This document shows positions 8,229-14,585 of a stretch of DNA of 24,000 nucleotides, one piece after another (positions within the stretch are counted from its first letter, which is position 1; each line of letters starts with the position of its first letter). The notes beneath the pieces were generated by a model. It worked only from the letters and a program-made list of their open reading frames with translations, had not been told where the DNA came from and did not search any database. This DNA comes from Bacteroides phage PhiCrAssBcn2: the sequence record OQ221537.1; one strand, written 5' to 3'. The position numbers and the translations under genes were made by a program.

Positions 8229-9122
8229 CGGTTAATAGTTGTAAGTCCCTCAGACTTGGCTACTAAGATATACCACCTGTTGTATAGTGTGTAATAAATT
8301 ACTCTTTTACTCAGTGGACTCACTATTCAGCATTGCTTTCTCTTACAATATTTCATCTTTCAGGTGGATGTTTGTTTAGTCCCCTAAGTGGTCAACACTT
8401 ACAATATAATACCCATCAAATATCTTATTAAACTTTTACTAAGTCAGATATGTCAAAGTATTCAACACTGTTCTTCATTTTTACTTTAACAGTACTATAA
8501 CATATCTTTAAAACTGTCCCATATCCATAAATTAAGTGGAATACTTTATCTCCTTCTGTCATCTCTGTAAAAAGCTATGTAAATTATTATATTAGTTATT
8601 TCTTAACACATTTTAATGGTATGTGTTCTGTCAAATGCTACTATTATTCACACTTGATTGCCTAAATTAGCCCATTGGTATGCTCACTATGTGTATATTT
8701 AGAGCATAAAATGTGCCCAATTAAACAATAATACACTCTGTTCATAAAGATTAGAACAGTAAATCCAGTTATTCTATTACTCCTCTTTGGTTAAAAGAAG
8801 AATGTAGAAAGGACATTTGAGACACTATTCTTTATACACTCTAACCCAAGCTCTAATGCAATAAGATTGACTCAACAAAGCATGAAACTTACTACCTTCA
8901 AACATAGAAACTCTCCCACTACTATCTATACTCCAGAAGAGAATTAGTATAATAGATGGGAGAGTATATAACTTTGGTTAGCATTTTACAATTCACTTCA
9001 TTAAGTCCCTTCTGTATTTATCCTATTAAAATAGGTTAGCATATAACTTAATTGTGTAATTATAACTCTCTGTATTTATCCAAAGCAAGCACTATTAATG
9101 CTTAAAAGATACTATTAATGCT
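8229..9122 (-). ncRNA. candidate large structured non-coding RNA region (boundaries and strand uncertain)
   Basis: About 1 kb without ORFs. Nested complementary segments: TTGTAAGT 8239-8246/ACTTACAA 8397-8404; CCACCTG 8273-8279/CAGGTGG 8361-8367; ATAGTG 8284-8289/CACTAT 8321-8326; GTAAT-AA-ATTAC 8291-8302; GATATGT 8447-8453/ACATATC 8500-8506 enclosing ACTGTT 8467-8472/AACAGT 8488-8493; a long imperfect hairpin at 8910-8965. Confidence 0.45.
9011..9122. repeat. short direct repeats
   Basis: TCTGTATTTATCC at 9011-9023 and 9069-9081; ACTATTAATGCT at 9091-9102 and 9111-9122. Confidence 0.6.
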
Positions 9123-9135
9123 CAGAAGAATAGAA

Positions 9136-9157
9136 AGAAAGAGGGCAAATGCCCTCC
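9136..9157 (-). terminator. Rho-independent-like terminator of the 9162-9422 gene
   Basis: Minus strand: GAGGGCATTTGCCCTC hairpin followed by TTTCTTTCTATTCTTC. Confidence 0.6.
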
Positions 9158-9161
9158 TCCA

Positions 9162-9422
9162 TTAGAATGTTGCCAACACTGGTGCACCACCTGTGCCTTC
9201 TTCATGCAATAACCAGAATGAGCTACCATCAGGTGCTTCAACATTTGATACCATTGGATGTGCAGGAATACCCTTCACTGCAACTGCTCCAGTCTTTGCA
9301 CCAAATGTGAAGAACAGCTTGTTGGTCTTAGGATTCTGTTTCACTTGAATCTTGTCTACATGTTGAGCTGCTTTAAACTGTTCAACTGTCAATGTCTCAC
9401 GGAATTTTAACTGATTGTCCAT
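9162..9422 (-). CDS. hypothetical protein
   Basis: 86 aa, clean start and stop, followed by a terminator-like hairpin. Confidence 0.7.
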   Translation of the reverse strand: MDNQLKFRETLTVEQFKAAQHVDKIQVKQNPKTNKLFFTFGAKTGAVAVKGIPAHPMVSNVEAPDGSSFWLLHEEGTGGAPVLATF

Positions 9423-9616
9423 AATTGTAAATGTTTAATTGTTAATGATTAAATTGTTTAACCATAGGGGGTAGGACCCCACTGGCTAAGTGATGGGGGA
9501 GGTGGGGTTGGTGTATATACTGCTCATGACTATGAATCAAAAAAAAAAATTAAAAAAAAATTAAATTATTTGGATAGTATCTACTATATACTTATCTTTG
9601 ACCAAAAATTAAAGGT
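9423..9616. promoter_or_regulatory. divergent intergenic region (likely bidirectional promoter or transcription switch)
   Basis: Lies between the last minus-strand and first plus-strand genes. Contains G-rich/C-rich tract GGGGGTAGGACCCC, a G-rich stretch, and A-tract repeats AAAAAAAAAATTAAAAAAAAAATTAAATTA. Confidence 0.5.
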
Positions 9617-9922
9617 ATGAAAGAGAAGAGTTATAATTTATTTGGGAGTACTTGGAGAATACAGTTTGTAGATGAAGTAGTTGGTGAAAATGATAGGTGG
9701 TTATTTGGAGAAACAGAGAGTCCTTCAAGGGTAATAACTATTAGCACAAAGAAGCCTGATGGTAGTAAACTTTCAAAGGATGAAATTGAACTTACTGTCC
9801 TACATGAAATAATACATTCTATATTCCAAACTGGACAATATATGAGTTGTGATAATGATGAACCATTAGTAGAATGGACTGCAAGATGTTTAAAAGCCTT
9901 AAAAGAACAGCATATTATATAG
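9617..9922 (+). CDS. putative small metallopeptidase-like protein
   Basis: 101 aa; zinc-binding signature ELTVLHEIIHSIF (HExxH) and a downstream Glu region. Confidence 0.65.
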   Translation: MKEKSYNLFGSTWRIQFVDEVVGENDRWLFGETESPSRVITISTKKPDGSKLSKDEIELTVLHEIIHSIFQTGQYMSCDNDEPLVEWTARCLKALKEQHII

Positions 9923-10021
9923 TCAATAGTTAAACTTTCATAAATAATAGTCCCAGATTTGGATATGTCATTTATTTTTTGTATGTTTGCACCAGAATTA
10001 GAACTATACATCTAATTTCTC

Positions 10022-10294
10022 CTCCAAAGAAGTCCCTTACAGAAGTTCAGGCTTTGGAGCTGACAGGGTAGTAATCCACACTTCTCCCATAAATAGGGAG
10101 CTTAATATAAAGGCTGGTATGCCTGTGGATGAGGTGAAAATCCTGCTAAGAAATGCCTTGATTATAAGTTACAGTAGCACACCTATGTATATGAGAAAAG
10201 GTTGAGGGTAAAGTGCTCTTGGGGATTAACCGCCTGTAATGAAGTGTCATGGTAGGGGTACTGGAAACTTTACTCTGGCAGAGAACCAATCTGC
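10022..10294 (+). ncRNA. candidate structured non-coding RNA, class unknown
   Basis: No ORF; helices CTCCAAAG 10022-10029/CTTTGGAG 10052-10059; ATCCACA 10074-10080/TGTGGAT 10124-10130 enclosing CTCCC-ATAAATA-GGGAG 10084-10100; AGGGTAAAG 10205-10213/CTTTACTCT 10268-10276 (one G-U); GCAGA-GAACCAA-TCTGC 10278-10294. Confidence 0.55.
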
Positions 10295-10329
10295 TTAAGG
10301 GATTGTTATACACTTTAAAGAACAAATAT

Positions 10330-10479
10330 ATGAAAAGAATTATTGAAGAAGTTATTAAGAATGTAAACATTGTTAAGTGTGAAGGTGCTATCTGTGTATC
10401 AGTAAATAACAATGATAGGAGATACTATGCACAAGGAGTTAGTTCAAGAATGTTGGATGTAAAGAGATATAAGGTATGA
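10330..10479 (+). CDS. small hypothetical protein (start trimmed)
   Basis: Track ORF 10249..10479 overlaps the structured segment; the internal start MKRIIEEVIKNVNIVKCEG... is more plausible. Confidence 0.45.
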   Translation: MKRIIEEVIKNVNIVKCEGAICVSVNNNDRRYYAQGVSSRMLDVKRYKV

Positions 10480-10868
10480 AATGGTTAAGTAACTTCTTAC
10501 TTTGGTTGTGGCAATTCCCGCAGAATTATATAGCATTCTTGGTCTATAGTTGCTTAGGATATTTGTGTTATTATGGCAAGGAATACTATGGAAGGCATGT
10601 AATTTACAGCAATTATATTGCATCAAGTTTTTCATTAGGTGATTATATCTTTGCTCTTCCTAATTCTACTGATAAGTCTTTGAAGCATGAATTAGGTCAC
10701 TCATACCAGTCTCAGTTATTAGGATGGTTGTATATTCCAGTGATAGTTATCCCCTCAGTCTTACATAATTTATATTGTGGGATTGTAAGAAAGATGGGGT
10801 ATAGACCTAATTATTATAGCTTCTACACAGAGAAATGGGCAGATAAATTGGTTGAGAAAGTGGGGTAA
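10476..10868 (+). CDS. membrane-associated HExxH-motif protein
   Basis: 130 aa; KHELGHSYQSQLLGWLYIPVIVIPS with hydrophobic helices. Confidence 0.7.
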   Translation: MKWLSNFLLWLWQFPQNYIAFLVYSCLGYLCYYGKEYYGRHVIYSNYIASSFSLGDYIFALPNSTDKSLKHELGHSYQSQLLGWLYIPVIVIPSVLHNLYCGIVRKMGYRPNYYSFYTEKWADKLVEKVG

Positions 10869-11012
10869 TTCTTTATTGATTACCCTCTTCCACCTTATTA
10901 TTCTAATTCACTTCTGGAGTATTTTCATATTATCTTGAAAATAATTAGTGAAAGATTTGCATATCTCAAATATTTGACTTATCTTTGCATCATGATTAGA
11001 AGATAAGAACAT

Positions 11013-11084
11013 TGTTCCATAGTATAATGGTTATTACACCTGATTTTGGCTCAAGTAATGTAGGTTCAATTCCTGCTGGAACAA
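11013..11084 (+). tRNA. tRNA-Gln(TTG)
   Basis: TGTTCCA/TGGAACA acceptor; loop TTTTGGC; T arm GTAGG-TTCAATT-CCTGC. Confidence 0.85.
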
Positions 11085-11091
11085 CTATTAT

Positions 11092-11163
11092 GCCCTCTTA
11101 GTACAATGGATAGTACATGAGTCTTCTAAACTTAGAATGATAGTTCGATTCTATCAGGGGGTA
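11092..11163 (+). tRNA. tRNA-Arg(TCT)
   Basis: GCCCTCT/AGGGGGT; D GTAC/GTAC; anticodon arm TGAGT-CTTCTAA-ACTTA; T GATAG-TTCGATT-CTATC. Confidence 0.9.
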
Positions 11164-11244
11164 CTTTTGAAGGTGGATTTTTTTTTTGTTTCATGATTTT
11201 TAAAGATTGGACTATCTGGTCTGTGAAGATAGGATAGTCAAAAT

Positions 11245-11317
11245 GGTGGGTTAGTATAGTGGTTAGTACACAAGGTTTTCAACCTTGCAGAGAGGGGTTC
11301 AAATCCCCTACCCATTA
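11245..11317 (+). tRNA. tRNA-Glu(TTC)
   Basis: GGTGGGT/ACCCATT; CAAGG-TTTTCAA-CCTTG; T AGGGG-TTCAAAT-CCCCT. Confidence 0.88.
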
Positions 11318-11322
11318 CAAAT

Positions 11323-11396
11323 AGTCTATTGGTGTAGAGGTTTAACATGCCACACTGTCAATGTGGAGATGGAGGGTTCAATTCCCTCATAGACTG
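11323..11396 (+). tRNA. tRNA-Asp(GTC)
   Basis: AGTCTAT/ATAGACT; CCACA-CTGTCAA-TGTGG; GAGGG-TTCAATT-CCCTC. Confidence 0.88.
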
Positions 11397-11437
11397 CCCT
11401 GAACTAAGTCCTATCTCAAAGAGTTGAGTAGGCAAAT

Positions 11438-11522
11438 GGAGAGATAACTCAGTGGGACTGGGAACTGTCTTGAAAACAGATTGGTCATTTATTTGGCTGG
11501 GGGTCGGGACCTCATTTCTCCG
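11438..11522 (+). tRNA. tRNA-Ser(TGA)
   Basis: GGAGAGA/TTTCTCC; CTGT-CTTGAAA-ACAG; long variable arm; atypical T loop GTCGGGA. Confidence 0.8.
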
Positions 11523-11526
11523 CATT

Positions 11527-11724
11527 ATGGTACAGATATTTAGAAAACAAGGTTGGATTCTTAATCCTAATGATAAGATAGTGAATGCTATCTTGAAAAG
11601 ATGTGAGATTAATAATGGTGAGTGTCCCTGTCATAATACAGGAGAGGATAAGAAATGTCCCTGTAGTGACTATAGGGAAAATGATAAATGCCATTGTGGT
11701 TTATATGTTAAATTGGAGGATTAA
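11527..11724 (+). CDS. ferredoxin-thioredoxin reductase catalytic-chain-like Fe-S/Cys protein (start trimmed)
   Basis: 65 aa from ATG at 11527 (track start 11452 lies inside tRNA-Ser): MVQIFRKQGWILNPNDKIVNAILKRCEINNGECPCHNTGEDKKCPCSDYRENDKCHCGLYVKLED; ordered CPC...CPC...CHC motifs. Confidence 0.75.
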   Translation: MVQIFRKQGWILNPNDKIVNAILKRCEINNGECPCHNTGEDKKCPCSDYRENDKCHCGLYVKLED

Positions 11725-11801
11725 CCCTAATGGTAAGGGAACTGTTTGCTAAACAGTGAGTAGTCTGAAAGGATGTATAGGTTCAAATCCTATATCCTCC
11801 G
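11715..11801 (+). tRNA. tRNA-Ser(GCT)
   Basis: GGAGGAT/ATCCTCC; CTGT-TTGCTAA-ACAG; long variable arm; T ATAGG-TTCAAAT-CCTAT. Overlaps the stop codon of the upstream CDS. Confidence 0.88.
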
Positions 11802-11804
11802 CAT

Positions 11805-11972
11805 TAGTACTCAGGCTTCTTCCAGAGTATGGCTTCTCTGAGTAGAAGTAGCACACATACATTGGTAGCCCAAATGGAGTTTATAATTAATAGCTTAATA
11901 CTTAAGCTCTTTTAAGTTAATGATTATAGGGAGTCATAGTACAGCAGGCTCTACACTAATGGTGCTGTACAA
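11805..11972 (+). other. structured unassigned spacer in the tRNA array
   Basis: TACTCAG...CTGAGTA pairing; TATAAT...ATTATA pairing around CTTAA/TTAAG; hairpin GTACAGCA-[16 nt]-TGCTGTAC. Confidence 0.4.
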
Positions 11973-11978
11973 AATATA

Positions 11979-12048
11979 GTAGTAGCCTAATGGGTGGGGC
12001 ACTGCATTTGGGATGCAGAGGATGGAAGTTCGAGTCTTCTCTACTATA
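11979..12048 (+). tRNA. tRNA-Pro(TGG)
   Basis: GTAGTAG/CTACTAT; CTGCA-TTTGGGA-TGCAG; T loop TTCGAGT. Confidence 0.85.
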
Positions 12049-12121
12049 CTATTAGTTTTCACAGAGAGAGCTAAGAATGGAAGTTAAGGAGTTGTAACCA
12101 AATAAAAATAAACTCCAGCAT

Positions 12122-12195
12122 GGGTCATGTAGTGTAATTGGCTAACACATCACATTTGCACTGTGAAGTTGGGGTTCAAGTCCCACATGTATCCA
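12122..12195 (+). tRNA. tRNA-Ala(TGC)
   Basis: TCACA-TTTGCAC-TGTGA; TTCAAGT loop; acceptor has a bulge or mismatch. Confidence 0.75.
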
Positions 12196-12263
12196 CTGTT
12201 TCATGTTTTCATAATGTTTGTTTTTTTTTTACAGGTATTGGGCACACCTTAAGTGCCCTACAC

Positions 12264-12339
12264 TGCTCCTTAGTTCAGTGGTTTAGAATAGCACTTTTAC
12301 ACAGTGAAGGTCATTAGTTCGATTCTAATAGGAGCAACA
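12264..12339 (+). tRNA. tRNA-Val(TAC)
   Basis: TGCTCCT/AGGAGCA; CACT-TTTACAC-AGTG; ATTAG-TTCGATT-CTAAT. Confidence 0.85.
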
Positions 12340-12412
12340 TTTAGACACTACTACAGTTAACAGTAAATCAATATATGCTGTAGATATATTGGTTGAATGG
12401 TGTCTATCTAAT

Positions 12413-12484
12413 GGGTTGTTAGCTCAATGGTGGAGCAAGTGGCTGTTAACCACGAGGCTATAGGTTCGAGTCCTATACTTCCCG
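12413..12484 (+). tRNA. tRNA-Asn(GTT)
   Basis: GTGG-CTGTTAA-CCAC; D GCTC/GAGC; T loop TTCGAGT; two T-T mismatches in the acceptor. Confidence 0.82.
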
Positions 12485-12503
12485 CAGATTTAAAGTAGAA
12501 GTC

Positions 12504-12836
12504 ATGAAAGAGATTAGAAGTAAAATGATTGTTGAGGATAGAAGTAAGGTGAAAGCAGTTCACTTTAAATATCCTGAAATGATGAGTGAGAATGCTCAGG
12601 AAGAGATTAAGAATAATTATAATGAATTATTATCTCTTGAAGAGGAACTCTATAGTGCAAGAGAAGTTGTGAGAGAGTTAGAAAAGAAACTCACAGAAAA
12701 GAAAAAGAAGTTTGATGAAAAGACTTTATTGTGTACATTAGAGTTTGAAACAAGTGAGAAAGATATAGTGAACTATGAATCTCATGTACTATTCAAGGGT
12801 ATGGGTAATGATACATTAGGTCATTATAGTACTTAA
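12504..12836 (+). CDS. coiled-coil hypothetical protein within the tRNA array
   Basis: 110 aa, strongly charged heptad-like Glu/Lys-rich helix. Confidence 0.65.
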   Translation: MKEIRSKMIVEDRSKVKAVHFKYPEMMSENAQEEIKNNYNELLSLEEELYSAREVVRELEKKLTEKKKKFDEKTLLCTLEFETSEKDIVNYESHVLFKGMGNDTLGHYST

Positions 12837-12839
12837 TAT

Positions 12840-12910
12840 GTATCCTTAGTTTAATGGTAGAATGTTGCTCTCCAAAAGCAAAGGTAGTAGTTCGATTCTA
12901 TTAGGATATG
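12840..12910 (+). tRNA. tRNA-Trp(CCA)
   Basis: GTATCCT/AGGATAT; TTGCT-CTCCAAA-AGCAA; TTCGATT loop. Confidence 0.88.
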
Positions 12911-12917
12911 CTTAAAT

Positions 12918-12989
12918 TGGTACATCTTCTAAAGGTTAGGAAACATCTCTGATAAGGATGCAATCACAGTTCAATTCTGTGTGTACCAA
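12918..12989 (+). tRNA. tRNA-Ile(GAT)
   Basis: TGGTACA/TGTACCA; CATCT-CTGATAA-GGATG; CACAG-TTCAATT-CTGTG. Confidence 0.85.
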
Positions 12990-12996
12990 CTTATAT

Positions 12997-13069
12997 TCTG
13001 ATATACTTCAATAGGTAGAAGGCTGCTCTCATAAGGCAGTAGTTATAGGTTCAAGTCCTATTATCAGAA
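12997..13069 (+). tRNA. tRNA with CAT anticodon (elongator Met or Ile2)
   Basis: TCTGATA/TATCAGA; CTGCT-CTCATAA-GGCAG; ATAGG-TTCAAGT-CCTAT. Confidence 0.87.
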
Positions 13070-13071
13070 CT

Positions 13072-13145
13072 GTGTTAGTATTTTAATTGGTCAGAAGTCC
13101 TGACTGTGAATCAGGAGGGTATGGGTTCAAATCCCATCTAACACC
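13072..13145 (+). tRNA. tRNA-His(GTG)
   Basis: GTGTTAG/CTAACAC; CCTGA-CTGTGAA-TCAGG; TTCAAAT loop. Confidence 0.87.
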
Positions 13146-13152
13146 CCAATAT

Positions 13153-13226
13153 GCTGAGGTAGCACAAGTGGTAAATGCAGATGGCTTATATCCATAAGAT
13201 AGTGGGTTCAAATCCTACCCTCAGTA
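13153..13226 (+). tRNA. tRNA-Ile(TAT)
   Basis: GCTGAGG/CCTCAGT; loop CTTATAT; GTGGG-TTCAAAT-CCTAC. Confidence 0.8.
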
Positions 13227-13232
13227 CTATTC

Positions 13233-13305
13233 CTCCAGTTGTCTGAATGGTTTAGGTCCCAGTCTGCAAAACTGTGGTATGGGAGTTCAAGTCTCCCACT
13301 GGAGT
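13233..13305 (+). tRNA. tRNA-Cys(GCA)
   Basis: CTCCAGT/ACTGGAG; CAGT-CTGCAAA-ACTG; GGGAG-TTCAAGT-CTCCC. Confidence 0.87.
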
Positions 13306-13315
13306 CTTATTAAAT

Positions 13316-13388
13316 ACCTCTATAGCTGAATGGTTAAAGCTGCTCCCTCTTAAGGAGAAGATTCTAAGTTCGATTCTTAGTGGAGGTA
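13316..13388 (+). tRNA. tRNA-Lys(CTT)
   Basis: ACCTCTA/TGGAGGT; CTCC-CTCTTAA-GGAG; CTAAG-TTCGATT-CTTAG. Confidence 0.87.
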
Positions 13389-13393
13389 CATAT

Positions 13394-13465
13394 TCCCCTA
13401 TAGCAGACAGGTGTAGGCAATAGACTTTTAATCTATGAGGTGAGGTTCAATTCCTCATGGGGGAA
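13394..13465 (+). tRNA. tRNA-Lys(TTT)
   Basis: TCCCCTA/TGGGGGA; ATAGA-CTTTTAA-TCTAT; TGAGG-TTCAATT-CCTCA. Confidence 0.88.
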
Positions 13466-13475
13466 CAAATATAAT

Positions 13476-13570
13476 GGGTACATAACATCAGCAGACTGTA
13501 AATCTGCCCTCCTTTATCAAATTGATGTAATGGACTTTGGAGTAGGGGAGTTCGAGTCTCTCTGTGCCCA
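13476..13570 (+). tRNA. tRNA-Tyr(GTA), D arm missing
   Basis: GGGTACA/TGTGCCC; GCAGA-CTGTAAA-TCTGC; T arm GGGAG-TTCGAGT-CTCTC. Only TA+ACATCA lies between acceptor and anticodon stem; the variable region is 38 nt and contains TGATGT. Confidence 0.8.
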
Positions 13571-13636
13571 CTTTGGTTTCTTCTCCTTGTCAGGGAAGAG
13601 TAATAGTCTGTAGTTACATGCAGGCTTCCAAATAAT

Positions 13637-13712
13637 GGAGATTTGGTGTAGGTGGTTATTTGCACGATAGTCTGAAAAACTATAGGCTTAAGTTCAATTC
13701 TTAGAGTCTCCA
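13637..13712 (+). tRNA. tRNA-Phe(GAA)
   Basis: GGAGATT/AGTCTCC; ATAGT-CTGAAAA-ACTAT; TTCAATT loop. Confidence 0.87.
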
Positions 13713-13723
13713 CAATTTATAAT

Positions 13724-13812
13724 GCCCCTTTGGTGGAATTTGGTAGACACTCTGGATTTAGGCTCCAGTGCGAAGTAATAGTAGTGTAAGAGTTCGAGTC
13801 TCTTAGGGGGTA
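13724..13812 (+). tRNA. tRNA-Leu(TAG)
   Basis: GCCCCTT/AGGGGGT; CTGGA-TTTAGGC-TCCAG; long variable arm; AAGAG-TTCGAGT-CTCTT. Confidence 0.88.
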
Positions 13813-13886
13813 CAAAAAAAAATATGCAGATTTACTTGCATATATAAATTATAATACATATCTTTGTAACATCAAATTAAAACAAC

Positions 13887-14336
13887 ATGATAGATACATT
13901 TGGAGACAATCTATTAGAAGGTTTTGAATATGAATCTCCTTCACATGAAGGAAATCAATTTAAAGACTTTCTTTGTGTACTTGAAGGATTCAAGACTAAG
14001 TTTAAGAATCTTCATTGGTCAGCATATAGCAATTCAATCCATGTAAGGGTTGATGAACTTATTGATAAAATATCTGATTATCAAGACATTCTTGCAGAAG
14101 AAGTTCAAGGTATTCAGGGACAGTTTGAACCAAACTTCCTTAAAGGAACTAACTTTGATTTCACTTGTCCTCATGAGGCAATTGATAACTTGATAAGTAG
14201 AACTGATACTTTTTATTCTAAGTTACCTCAGTCTTCTGACTTTGCTGGAGTTAGAAGTGAGTGTGAAGCCTTCATCACCAATCTTCACAAGTATAGATAC
14301 TTGTTTGATTTATGTAGAAGAGGTGCAATGGATTAA
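13887..14336 (+). CDS. Dps/ferritin-like helical protein
   Basis: 149 aa; FKTKFKNLHWSAYSNSIHVRVDELIDKISDYQDILAEEVQGI resembles the LHW...H...D/E core of Dps-like four-helix proteins. Confidence 0.6.
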   Translation: MIDTFGDNLLEGFEYESPSHEGNQFKDFLCVLEGFKTKFKNLHWSAYSNSIHVRVDELIDKISDYQDILAEEVQGIQGQFEPNFLKGTNFDFTCPHEAIDNLISRTDTFYSKLPQSSDFAGVRSECEAFITNLHKYRYLFDLCRRGAMD

Positions 14337-14338
14337 AT

Positions 14339-14414
14339 GGCTCAGTGGTGCAACTTGGTAGACACAACAGGTTTAAGCCCTGTAAAAGTGAGGGTTCGAC
14401 CCCCTCTTGAGCTA
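14339..14414 (+). tRNA. tRNA-Leu(TAA) with short variable loop
   Basis: GGCTCAG/TTGAGCT; Leu-like D arm GTGCAACTTGGTAGACAC; ACAGG-TTTAAGC-CCTGT; 6-nt variable loop; GAGGG-TTCGACC-CCCTC; encoded CCA follows. Confidence 0.8.
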
Positions 14415-14421
14415 CCATAAT

Positions 14422-14492
14422 GGGTTTGTAGTTTAATGGTAAAACACTGCTCTTGTAAAGCAGATTTCTCAGTTCAATTCTGGGCATTCCCT
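14422..14492 (+). tRNA. tRNA-Thr(TGT)
   Basis: CTGCT-CTTGTAA-AGCAG; CTCAG-TTCAATT-CTGGG; two T-T mismatches in the acceptor. Confidence 0.82.
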
Positions 14493-14505
14493 CAAATATT
14501 AAAAT

Positions 14506-14577
14506 GCAGGTGTCGTATAAAGGTTAGTATAGGAGATTTCCAATCTTCTGGTTAGAGTTCGATTCTCTTCACCTGCT
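14506..14577 (+). tRNA. tRNA-Gly(TCC)
   Basis: GCAGGTG/CACCTGC; GGAGA-TTTCCAA-TCTTC; T loop TTCGATT. Confidence 0.87.
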
Positions 14578-14585
14578 CTATAAAT

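Noticed and set aside
8160-9160. CRISPR array
   Set aside because: Repeats are only 12-13 nt, two copies each and irregularly spaced; no array structure.
10022-10294. tmRNA or typical RNase P RNA
   Set aside because: No tmRNA tRNA-like ends or tag-peptide frame; only weak resemblance to one RNase P segment and no clear GAGGAAAGUCC or ACAGAACCCG signatures.
11452-11526. N-terminal extension of the track ORF 11452..11724
   Set aside because: This part lies inside tRNA-Ser(TGA); the ATG at 11527 immediately after the tRNA is preferred.
11178-12234. Homopolymer T-runs as phase-variation sites
   Set aside because: The T-runs are in intergenic spacers of the tRNA array, not in a coding frame or clear promoter spacer.
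13447-13713. 88-aa minus-strand ORF (...NQSGHRETRTPLLQSP...)
   Set aside because: Antisense to tRNA-Tyr and tRNA-Phe; typical artefact of translating tRNA sequence.
14275-14487. 70-aa minus-strand ORF
   Set aside because: Antisense to tRNA-Leu and tRNA-Thr; product is a T-arm artefact.
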